From assembly GCA_027604505.1 (NCBI GenBank), contig JADIIX010000084.1:1-64000 (forward strand): a stretch of DNA of 64,000 bases, in the 5' to 3' direction. The notes below the pieces were generated by a model, which was given only the letters and a program-made list of their open reading frames with translations, had not been told where the DNA came from and ran no database searches. The translations under genes were made by a program, and so were the position numbers. Source of the stretch: Gonapodya sp. JEL0774 (taxonomy: Eukaryota). Of this stretch, positions 22,185-34,009 are shown in pieces. How positions within the stretch are numbered: the stretch's first letter is position 1; the number at the start of each line of letters is the position of its first letter.

Positions 22185-25065
22185 TCAAGCTGCATCGTAC
22201 GCATCAAATGTAGACAGTGCCACCCCCAAAGCATCCATCGGCGTCATGGGGTGGCGCACGTCCATTGTAAAATAGTCAGGTCCACATCGTCCAAACTGCA
22301 TGAGAACCAAATTTTCTAATGGCCAAGACAATATGCGCTGTTGAACACAAAGCTATCATGCGCACACTGCTTGACGCACCATCGGAATCAGCAATCAACT
22401 GGAAATTCTTAATAGAGGGCATTGTTACGCGACCACCAAAGTTGAGACAATGTGATTGAGTGGCTTTGCACAGAAAACAAATCGATGGTGTGAACGCCTG
22501 TTAGGGTTTCGTTCCATCCACACGGAAATGAAACGCACCTTCACTCCAACGCGGCGGTTTGTTGCGGAGAAACAACAATTTCTCCTTTGCTTTCATCCGG
22601 AAGTCGTTTGAAATGTCCTTCGTGAATCCCTCCAACTGGAAACACAAACTTAGTGATTTCAACTTTGGAGAAGAAAGAGTGACAATCAATTACTACACAC
22701 TTTATCATCAGGAATTGTAGCCGCAGGAATAGCTACACTCATTTCTCGAGGAAGAGTTGTGGTGCTCTTAACCGGACAAAATGTTAAAGAGTGGGTCGCC
22801 AAATCACTGCTCTCTCTCTCAAAGTGGTCACTCACATACTCAACCATGGATAACTCCTTCAACCCCTTGCTGGTTGCCTTGTTGTTGTAAGAACGAGCAT
22901 CGTAGAGGACAAACATTGTTCGCTGAGGGTTCGCACTGAGATATGGATGAGCATTCGTGCCTAACACCAAACAGCCATGTTTCCAAAAGCGTGGACGTAC
23001 CGAAGTTTCGCAATATAGTGCTTGCTTTCTTTCTTTATCTCAGCAGCGGACTCGCTGATGGAATAATTGATTCCTTTGACTTGCTTGCGTTTCTTGGCGG
23101 CTGCGATAAGTTTCTCGTCCACCTCGTTGTACAAGAAGAACGTGGGAAAGTTTTTGTCAAGAAGATTCGCTTTGCGATAGAGCTTGCATCGCAAGATAGT
23201 ATTTTGAGGTATGCGTCTGCAACGATAAAAGCATTCGGTCTGATAAAGACGGGGGAAGCTCAGACGATGACATTCACCTGAAGAGTGCCCGCACACCTTC
23301 CTCTCCCCCAGCTTCCAAACCCAACCCAGTAGCCGGGAATCCTCTACCAAATATGGGGAAGTCGACCTCTCCCTCTTTGAGAGGCGATGATTTTTCTTCG
23401 TCTTCTTGTGCTTCACCAACTTTATCTCCACCGCCCTTTACTGTTTTGACTTCGGCGCGCTTTCTGGACCGGTCTTCTTCAACTACTGGTGCAGGTGCCA
23501 CAATGGACCTTGGGTCTTCGAAATCGTTGTCTTCTTCGGGTCCTGCCTGCTCCACCGGTCCATTGCGTGCCACGTCCGGAATCTCGATTTCATCGTCCGA
23601 CTCCGATTCCTCATGCCTGCTCGTATTGCGCGGAGAAGTGCTTTTCCTAGCTGGTTTCACTGGCGTTGATAAATCAGGCTTCTGTGGCGCCTCGACTGTA
23701 GCAGAGTTCCGCTTTTTGCGTGTACCTTTATCGGCGCTGTTTGATCGACGACTATCCTTTGTTTCAATTGCATTGGGTTGGCCATCAACTTCGTCCTCTG
23801 CTACAAAGCCAACCCTCGTCGCAGGGGGTCGTGGTGGACCGCTCTGCACAATGTGATTGTCCGGAATCTCGCTTCCGTCTGCGGACAACGTCAGAGAGGG
23901 CTTAGGGGTCTCTGCCGGAGAAGATTTCATTTCAGGTTGGGTCAAAGATAGTCGTTTACTCGAATGGCTGACTCTAGACTGGGGCACGTGCTGTACCACG
24001 ACTGTTTTCACTTCGGAGCTCGCCTTTTGCTCTAGCTCTCGCTTCTTTTGCTCTTCTTGGAGAGCATCCAGCTGCCTCTTACGGACCAGAAATTCCTGGA
24101 AATCAGATGAAGGGACGAGTGGATTCGCGAAAGCCGCATCCACGTCAGAAGCACGGTCCGGAGTCGACGAGCGTACTAGATATTAGATCATAATCACGAT
24201 TTTTAATGAGACATTGTGGGAGGTTGAATGCGCAAACCGTCCGTCCCTCACCAACACCAAAGCTTTGCTTCCGTTTTCTGGATAACTCTTCCATGAATTT
24301 CGTTGTAGCGGCGTTTGAGTTCGACTGTCTGGGCGAACTTGAGAGCCCGTCGCCCGAGTGTTGAAACGAAGAGGGATTGGCGAGAACAAAATTTGCCGGC
24401 AGCTCAACAGAGGCGCCCCACTTCGATGTGAACGAAGTGGGTTGTGCGCTACCTCCTGATATTGCACCATCGACCATGTTGATAGCTTCCAGGTTGGCAG
24501 GAGAGGGGGAGGCAACCACCCCCAACGATTTCACGTCAGTCCTCTCCCGCGATTGTGGCTGGGGACCAGGGATATTTGGAGAATGAACAGGGAATCCAGA
24601 ATGCAAGGGTGAGCCCATGGCAAGCGATCTCGATTTCTGATCTTCCCGTTCGCCGTTTCGCTCCTTTGCAGCTCCCGGCCACACGTTAGCATCAGGCGAA
24701 TTGTCGCCTGGCGCAACATCCAGCCTTTCTTGTGATGATTGCTGAACGACAAGAGAATCATATTGTGTCTTAAGCTTCGAGTAAGACTTATAGCGTTTGG
24801 CTATCGCGTTGATGCACAAGGCCGCGAACGTCAGTCGCAACGCCCAAAAGACATGACGTCAGTAGAAAATGCAGTGGAACAATGAATTGAATGCAATTAT
24901 CAACAAAAGCCCACCGATTTCCTTCTCCCTTGCAATGTCTGTCTTGTCTGGCTTCCGTCCCTCTCTCACTTGAAAGTCGTGTTCCCAGTCTTTCAGCTCC
25001 TTCTTCAGTGCTTTTATATCTGCTTGCAGAGCCAGAAAGTGATCTTGTGCTGTTTTCCAGGACAT
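22185..25065 (-). CDS. Tubby-like protein with an N-terminal Sld2/RecQ4-N-like helical domain and a long disordered linker
   Basis: C-terminal Tub domain: LRCKLYRK..FPTFFLY..LIAAAKKRK..NYSIS..HYIAKL; LRNKPPRWSE..HCLNFGGRVTMPSIKNFQL; LMQFGRCGPDYFTMDVRHPMTPMDALGVALSTFD. The upstream exons are joined in frame by a predicted phase-1 intron at 24251-24176. Confidence 0.88.
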
Positions 25066-25689
25066 CAATGCAAGTTAGTCGAGCAGGGAAGCGAACACAA
25101 GGTAAGCGATGGCAGAGAGATCGGGCCCCGACGCAACGGAAATCAATCCGATGATACAAGGTCTAGATAGAGTCAAATTGCTCGCGCAAAGAAAGTTGCG
25201 CAGCGTGCTTTTCAAAGGGATGGCGCGTTGTGGACGCGCTGCCGTTGGAATGAGGGACAGAGCTCGCATTAGCACTTACGTCCGATTTGTTCCGGAGAAG
25301 ACATCATCGCAGTGGTTTGCAAATCAGAACGATTTGTCTCTTCGAGTCAGTTTGATTGTAAGAAGGGTGGCACCGGGATGTCAACATTGTCTCCCAAACA
25401 AGACAACTCCATGAATGCGGACCACCAGTTCCACAGAAACCTCATCGCCCTTGCAACTGTTACACATGCTCCCTACCTAAAATCTTCCGGCCTCATTGTG
25501 GATTCCGTTTCCCACCTCCATTCTCATTCGAACCATAGTCACCCTACACAGCATTTTTTAGTTTCTAAATTTATTATGTATTATTAGCGAAAGTATCGTC
25601 GACAGCTCAAAATGGTTTCCAGCAAAGTATCATCTGTACATTGATAGCCTTCCATGGGCTTCGGCCTCCAACAACCCTCCCATACAGAT

Positions 25690-28600
25690 CTACTTTTGCC
25701 TGAAGTTGCAGAAGCGCAAGCAAGCGAAGGCTGTTTGAAGCGAAACTCATATTAGCTGATGGACCATTTGCACCTAAACGTCATTTTCACTCACCAATGA
25801 GGAACATGAAAATACCCTGTGCAACGTTGTCGACGCAGTAAATCCACGACGGTGTAACTGAAACATCATCAAAGCCCGGTACGGTGTAAGTAGTACCATT
25901 CTCGTAGGTGCGGGTTTCGTCCAAAGCCAAGCTGACACCGTTAAGGAGGAAGTCGCGACCAGTATTGTAGAAGCACGTAGCGCTCCCATTGAGGGGGTTG
26001 GCGTACAAGAAATCAGCAAATCCAATCATTGAACTGGCCTGTGTACACAATGCTTCAGAATCAGGATCCAAACGTCCAACAGATTAATAACTTACAGTTA
26101 ACAGGCCAGTCACGGTGGCGGTGAGGACCTTGGTGTCAGCGACGTTGACCACGGCGTATTGACCGAGAGCAACAGCCTGGCGCGTCACTTCAGTCGAAAC
26201 GAGACCGAAAAGCTGAGTAACGTTGGCTGGGGCCGGGAGAGGTGTCGTGATGTTGGCGAGAACTGCTTGCGAGGTAAGCGCCTTGTAGAGGTTGCCGGCG
26301 AGGGTGTAGAGTTGCTTAACAGTGTCGTTCTGTGCCTTGGTTGCGTATTGCCACCGTTGGAAACTGTTGATGGTGTCAACGATGGTTTTGTTGTTGATAA
26401 CAGACTTGGTGACCGTGAGCGCAGCATCACCCATTCCACCGTAGGAGATACCGGTAAGGTCGAAAATGAACTTCTCGCTTTCCTTGCAGTAGGATTCCTG
26501 GCCCAACCACTCGTGGCGAATGATAGGGATGAAAACACCACGAGGGTAGCTACACAAGGGGATATCCAGGAAGTGATTAGTTAAAAATTGTAGAACCAAG
26601 AGTTGAGGAATTGTACATACGCAGTCCAAACGAGGAATTTCTGGAACAGAGATCCACCGGGGCGAGAGAAGAGGAAAGTGTCTGTAATGTACCAACCAGC
26701 GAGAAGGATACCCCAGTAGTAGTGGATGTTGAAAGCGGCGTTGGCGTATGGAATGGACTTCATACAGCAATTCTCGTGAGATTTCGAGGTGTCGACAAAG
26801 GATAAACGAGCACTCACAGCAGCCATGTACGCGCAGACCAAGTTCCAACCAGTAACAGCCCAGCATTCAAGGACGAAGTACAAAATGTAAAGCCCGAAGA
26901 ATTCAGTGAGCCAGTTGGAAAGACTGAAAGCGATAAGAACGCAAATGGCCTGCATTGGAAGACAAACAGACATTAGACGGGGTTACTATTCTTCATCGAT
27001 CGCCGGTTCAACTCACCATCATGAAAGCCAAGAAAATGAACTCGACCAAGAAGTTGGTGGTAATGTAGAAGAATTTGTTGTAGTAACCAGCGGCCCTGTT
27101 GAGAGTTTAGGATTGGCTATGGGTTCGCAATAGCATTTCCTTGACCAGCGAGCTCACTCTTCGTGGTAATATTGCTTCCGCTTTTCCAGCCCTGTATTGC
27201 GAAATCCAATTGTGATTAAAAAGGACAGTTCACACGCCGAGCGACGCAGGGAACGTACAGTAGGCAATAGCGGCAGATCCGAAACCAGGTGTCATGAGCT
27301 TAAGTGCAAACAGCTCCGAAATCCTATCACGGATGGAGCATGAGATGGGTGACTCATATGACACGATACCCAAGGCGAACGCTCACTTTCCACCGGAACC
27401 ACCGTAAGAACGGTCTTGGCGGAAGAAGGCCAGACCAAAGAACAGGGCGGTGAAGATAGCAGCGCCCAATCGCGAAGTACTCATGACGGGGTTGCGGATG
27501 TAAATCCTGGTCTGACGGATGAAGAGTTGCTTGATTTGTTGCCAGCCCGTCCCCTGCTGGTAGAAACCGAGGCTGTCCTTCCAGGTCTCAGCCTCATCCA
27601 GGCCGATGGGCTTGTAGTCCCGAATCGATCCCTGGCCCGAGTGAATGGCTGAAATCCGAGGAGATTGAATGGTCAGCAACATGTAAAAAGGGCTCAAGGA
27701 GGGTTGGTACCCCTGCAACTTACCGGCAACAGACTTCTCGAGAATGTCCTTTTCATTGCTCTTCTCCCAAGCCTCAATGAGTTTGTCTGGGTTGGCAGCC
27801 TGAGCATCGGCGTAGATCTCAGCCGGGTTACCGTGGATGGGGATGCCGAGGTAGGTCTCGAAGTACGAGATACAGTCAGCAGTGCGGCCAAAGTAGCACA
27901 TCCGCCCGTTGGCGAGGAGCAACAAGTTGTCGAATTGCCTCAGAATGGTGTATGACGGTTGGTGGATCGTCGCAACTGAATGGACATGGGTGAGTGAGTG
28001 CGAGGTCGAAGACACCACCTACGAAAAGAGTCTTACTCACCACATGCGAGCTTGCGCAGCTTGACAACTTCGAGGGTGTTTTCAATAACTTCACGACCGG
28101 TGTTGGAGTCCAAACCAGTGGTCTACCAATTCAATTCAACGCCCAAGAGTGTGAATCACTCGGGACCGTGTTTCAGACTTGCCGCGCAATTCATTTACTC
28201 ACAGGCTCATCCAAAAAGACGACAGCCGCGACGGGAAGAAGCTCGACGGCAACGTTGACACGCTTGCGTTCACCGGTGGACAGACCACGGACGAGAGCGG
28301 AACCAATACGGTTGTTCTCCACGTAGTTGAGTCTCATAACGGACAACACGTCCTCAATCTGAGTGTGTGACCGTGGAGAGTCAGTCGAAGTCATAGTGAA
28401 TTTCATTGCAATGCTGTTCCCCAAGAGCACTTACACGAGCGTTTCTCTGTTCGGCGGTCCAGTCAGGGGGAAGACGGAGGGCAGCGCAGAATTCAAGTGC
28501 CTCACGGACGGTAAGTTCGGGAGGGAGCAAATCGTCACTGGTGACTAAATGAGTTGAGAAGATGTGGTGATGATGAGGCGTACTTCAAAAGTGGGGCAAA

Positions 28601-29221
28601 AGAACATACCATAGCCGTTGTGCTTAATGAAGTTGCGTTGAGTGAGCTTTTCTCCGCTGCAGAATGTTATTGCACGTTCAGCATGGAGTGTCCTGGAATT
28701 TCCGATGGATGTCACTCACTTGAGCATGACATCTTGAGTAAAGCGACCGGTGGTCTTGCGGTAAGAGAGAATATCAAGCAAGGTAGACTTGCCCGCTCCA
28801 GATGGTCCCATGATGGCCAAGCTCTCCCCGGGCTAAGTGGCGCAAAAACGATGAGGTGCTGAGCGAAGAGACAAACCAGCAGTGCCATCTCCAGACCGAC
28901 CTTGCAGTATCCCGTCGCGCCATTCAGCAATTGTTTGTCAACGCCCTTGACGGGGAGAATACAGCTGATGTCTCGGAAGGAGAAGTAGGAAGGTCGCAGC
29001 TCGCTCTCGTCCTTGACGGCTGGTGATGTTTGCCGAAATGAGCAACCACTTAGACTTCCCAAGAGTCCCAACAGTCACCACTCACCCCAAGAGCCCATTC
29101 TGACCATCCGCTTCTGTCCGAGTTCCGGGATCCCGGCAGCGGAGGAGTTGGCGCTATCAGCAGCGGGTGCCACATCCGAGGCATTCGCAATCAGTTTTTC
29201 AGTGGCTTCCGTGGATGCCAT
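25690..29221 (-). CDS. ABCG-family half transporter A (NBD-TMD)
   Basis: FSFRDISC..LLNGATGYCK; Walker A GPSGAGKST; signature RGLSTGERKRVNVAVELL; Walker B FLDEP|TTGLDS; H-loop TIHQPS; NPAE; TMD from RQTRIYIRNP; C-terminus AFACLRFCNFRQK*. Confidence 0.95.
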
Positions 29222-30314
29222 TTGTAGAGAGTAGGTAGGTTTAAGTAAATGAGTTTTAGTTCGACTGGCTGCTGGAAATGGTTTCGATTCGATGTGGCGA
29301 TCGAGTTGACACCCGCGGGGGAAAGGGGAGACAGACAGGGATGACACAAAGAGGTCGACCACAAAACGATTGATGTTGGAAATGAATGAGAAGACAACCA
29401 AGAAACCCAAGGCGAAAGGAAAGTAGGAAAGATCGGAGACCGATAACGGAGGAGGAACCACGACGGGGACGGGAAAGGGCTTTAGGACGAGTGTGGTAGC
29501 GATGGGGGGCAAGGCATGAGCTTACTTTGATTACTGGGGGGCAGTCGATAACGAAGTATGCCAGACGACGAACAAGTTGAGTAGAAGCTGAAGATAAACC
29601 GAGGATAGAAGTACCAGCGAGTCTTTAGTGGGAGACCGGGTGAAAATTGTTGAAATGGCAAAAGGGGTCTTGTGCCTCCTCCAAATTGGGGGACAGTGCT
29701 TTTTGCGGCAGGTCTGACCGCCCAAGGACCGACTCATGTGATCCAAAATTTAAAATCTGAGCTGCAACTGTACAAACAGCAGTAATATTGGTCCACTACA
29801 TTTTTTCCTCCGTGATTTCTCCGGGTAACTTATTTTGGGAATCGCTTCTTTGGACTCCGGGAAATTCGCGAGTTGGTTCGGCTTTGTATCCCGAACCTCC
29901 GACCACCTGCGCCACAGCATAGACAATTAGGAGAGGCGCAAATTCGTTCTTTCCCGACCATTTGACATTTGCGACTCTTGGTATATTAGACCGTCTTCAA
30001 GACTGGACGAGATTTTTACTTCATACTCGACGAGTCCATGTGGGTACCCCATTGCCCAGCATGGGGTCCAGTCGTCGTTCAGGACTTGTCTTCCTTTATC
30101 GTCTCATCGCATCTCCTCTTTCCCCCTTCGGAACTTTCCTTTTCTCCCCTTCACTCCCGTGTTCCTTGTTGGCCCCACTTGGCAATCTTTGCTTTGCGGA
30201 TCTTTCCGGATTTGACTCTCTCTGTCTCAACCTCCCCCACTCCGTATCTGGGTCCGCCTCCCTTACCTCCTTACATCGCCTCCGAATCACAAACGTCTCC
30301 CTCTAGAAATTACA

Positions 30315-33300
30315 ATGGCCGAGAAAGCAGCGGCTCACGGAGGTCAGTGACATCTTTTGTGCAACGGCGATCGCCATTCAACTGGATTTGACATTATGCC
30401 ATCTCCGATTATTTTCGCCACCCAATCGGGCACACTGATTCGTACGACACACTGCTTCATTTCTACATCGGATCCTCTTTCTCCTGCGCGACATTCAACT
30501 GGATCGTTTTCCTGATGTTTAGGGTGAGTTTCTTGGAGGACAGCCACTCCGTTCGCCACTTGCATTCACGCATAATGACCTGTTCGTGGTCTTCAGGTAC
30601 ACCCTCACTTGGAAAGACGTTTCATTGGATATTACTGGAGGAGGAAAAAGCGTTCGGACTCTCAAGGTGAGTTCGGAAATGGCTGGTCCACTCTTGCGCG
30701 GAACGGACGTTAGACTGGGGGCTCACATATCTTTGGTGTTACCACAATTCTCTTAGAGCGCATGCGGATACGCTAAACCCGGAGAGTCTCTTGCCATTAT
30801 TGGTCGTAAGTGGTCTTGGGGTGCGGAGGCTGTCGGAAGCTTGGCACCGACTCAACCCTCTCTGCATTCCCATCCGAACTTGGCATGACTCCGTATAGCG
30901 TCTGGCGCCGGAAAAACCACTTTGCTCGGTACGTTTATATACTTTCTCCCATTCGCTCTTCTTCTTGCTCAAATTCTGTGTCTGCTCTCGCTCAGACATT
31001 CTCGCCCAACAAAAGACCCTCGGAACCATTTCCGGCGACATCCTAGTCAATGGAAAGAAGCCCGACATCTTTTTTGGCAAGCGCGCCGGTTACATCTTCA
31101 CCTCGATGGCCCACATCCCGACCATGACGGTCCGCGAGACGCTCCTCTTCGCCGCCGAATGCCGTATGCCCCGCGACGCAACCAAGGAAGAACGTCTTGC
31201 ACGCGTCGACGAGGTCATTAAGAATCTTCGTCTCACCAACGCGGTCAACACCTATGTCGGTGACGAGCTGATCCGTGGTCTGTCATCGGGTGAAAAGAAG
31301 CGGCTCGAGGTCGGCATTGAAATGGTTGCCAGGCCCAAAGCGGTGAGTAATTTTCCCCATGCCCTTACGTGCGGAACAGTTTTCGTTTATCGAGGTATTG
31401 ATTTTGCTTTCTCCGACATGCAGCTCTTCTTCGACGAACCTACTTCCGGTCTGGACGACTACGGTGCCAGGTTCACAATGGAACTAGTGCTCGACTACGT
31501 CAGACGTGAGAATGTCACAGTCGTGCGTATCGGTGTGCCAGTCGCTTCATCGGGGAAGACGTCTCACGGGGTCCGGATTCTTCTATCGCAATTTTCAGAT
31601 GATTGTCATTCACCAGCCTTGCGAGGCGGTCTTCAAGCTCTTCGACAACTGCTGCCTGGTCGGTGAGCAGGGTCGGATTTGCTACTTTGGTCCCATCAGC
31701 CGCGCAGAGGAGCACTTCACCTCGCTCGGTTACCCGACCCCGCCCCTCACTAACCCGATCGAGCACTACCGTAAGTTGTTGAAATCTTTGCGGAGGAGCG
31801 CCGTTGCGGAGGAGCGCCGCCGCAATCAGCTGACTTTCTGGACCTTACCTGCTGCCCTTTGTAGTCGATGTCATGGCCCTCGACACTGGCCGCGCGCACG
31901 AGTTCTTCGAGAAATCGCCAGTATACCAGGAGAACTTGCGGGAGATTTCCCGCCTCAATGCGCTCGAGCACCCCGAGGTGCCCCACTCGTCCCACCTTGT
32001 GGAGCGTCTTCCCCAGGACCAGTTTGTCTTGATTTGGAACCGTGTTTGGCTCCGTTACTACCGGAACCCCAGTACCTCGTGGGGTCGTGCGTTCCTGTTC
32101 ATTATGTTCGCGATCATGTTCGGTCTGTTCTTCTTGAACGTGAGTTGGTCGACGTGCGATGATCGGTTCCGTAACGCGATGCTCACTCGTATCCCTTTTG
32201 AAGTTGGACCCTGGTCTGTCTGGTATTCGAAACCGTCTGTCGGTCGCTTCGACGCTCTCCTTCCTGCCGATTTTCATTGCCGTCGCTGCCGTTCCCCAGT
32301 TCTTGGAAGACCGAGAATTGTACATTCAGGAATACAACTCCGCCTTCTACAGCCTGTGGCCCTTCTGGATTACCTACCTCGTCATTGAGTAAGTTTTCTT
32401 CTCGAACCTCGTGGTTTTACTATTCTACTTTGAATTTCTTTGCTAACTCGTCGATCTCGTGATAGGACTATCTTCAACATTGTGATTTCAACCATTCAGC
32501 TTGTGATCATTTTCTACATGTGTAACGGTTTCCCATCAAGCTCGTTCGGCCCGACTTTCGCCATGATGCTTGTCCAGATGGGTCTCGCCACCACCGTGTC
32601 GCAGTCTATCAGTGCTTGGTCAAAGACCCTCTTCCAGGCTTACACTGGACTGTGGGCCGTCGGTCTCATTTTCTACGCTTTCTCTGGTACTCAGGCGGAT
32701 TTGAACACTGTCCAGCCTTGGATCAGGTGGATGGCCGACATCAACTACTGGAGGTGGTCGCAGCAGTACATTGTGAGTGTCATATTTACCGTCGCAATGT
32801 TGAATTCTTTGTAACCAAGACAACGTCACGGGTTTCCAGGACTACCAAGTGCTCAAGGACTTCATCTACGAATGCCCGACCATCGCTTCTTCGACTTTCA
32901 TCACTCCTGTCTCCGAAGGATTCCTGACCACTCTCGGCAAGAGCATTTCTGCCTCGAACGCCACTGCCGCTGTCACTGGCGCCAACAGTGCTCTGAGCGC
33001 TCTCGGCAACCTCCAAGCCATGAGGACCATTTCCGGCATGACCAACGAGACTACATTCACTTTGGAACTCATCATCGGTGGTCTCAAGAGCACTATCCAG
33101 CCGTTGCTCCCCGCCGGCGCGGTTCTTAACGACTCGCTGCTCGACGTCAACTCACTCTGTATGTCTGCGTTTTCCGCTTCGGCTTTTCGACTGTGAGCTT
33201 ACTTTTCCTTAATCTCTTCCCAGACTCCGCCGTCAACACCGTCAGCGGGGCTGTGAAAGCCAACGAAACATTGTTCACCGCACAGCCTTACTGCCCCTTC

Positions 33301-33527
33301 GGAAACAACGGCAAAGATTGGTTGCAAGCCTTCCGTGGCATTGGTGGAGACCAGCCGGCCATTACCAACGTTGCTTACGCTGCCAACCTTTCGCTCTACG
33401 TCTTCTTCGGTAAGACATCAAGTGTCGGTTGTTGTTTGCTTTGTGCTAACGTGATCTATCGCCGTCTCCCACAGGTACCATGACTTACTTCGGACTCTGG
33501 TTCTCGAGGAGGTACCGCAAGCGTTAA
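30315..33527 (+). CDS. ABCG-family half transporter B (NBD-TMD)
   Basis: LTWKDVS; Walker A GPSGAGKTT (split by introns); TMTVRETLLFAAECRMP; RGLSSGEKKRLEVGIEM; FFDEPTSGLD; IHQP; NPIEH; RYYRNP; EDRELYIQEYNSAFYS; WIRWMADINYWRW; C-terminus YFGLWFSRRYRKR*. Confidence 0.95.
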
Positions 33528-34009
33528 ATCTTGTTTGTTTTTCCTAATGGGAGAGATGTACAGGGCCCTTGCCTGAGACACTATTGTACCTAAGGATGAA
33601 TGTTTTGAGACTACTTTTAATACGAAGACACTATTACTTGAGAAATTTGTGCGCATTTGTTCTGTAAATTCCCGTAGTGCAAATGATACGAATTTCCGCA
33701 TAGCCGATTTTCGAAGATTGCGAGTGAGAAAGAAACATTTTGAAAACGTGAAGCTTGTCACATGTGTGGTGAAATGTGGTGGAACTGACTACGAACGACC
33801 ACTTTCTAACGATCTTGCTGCATCTCCAGAAGAGTTTATTATTGACTGTCCCCGCATTTTGTTGTTCGTGTCTGGACAGCCTGTGTCCGTGCATCATGCA
33901 TCATCGGCTCACCAAAGTTGGATCCTGATCGGTCCGCAATTCCACGCCAGAGCGGGCCGTTTTCTCATATACACGGCTGTGGCGATTCTCCTCGAAGGCG
34001 CCTGACAAG

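Noticed and set aside
24859..25068. Standalone SLD2 gene
   Set aside because: No downstream Sld2 region is recognisable, and an in-frame splice links it to the Tubby exons. Reported as a fusion finding instead.
25690..33527. Split full-length PDR transporter
   Set aside because: The two halves are on opposite strands, each has its own start and stop, and both have a Lys-containing Walker A, unlike the GSGC of PDR NBD1.
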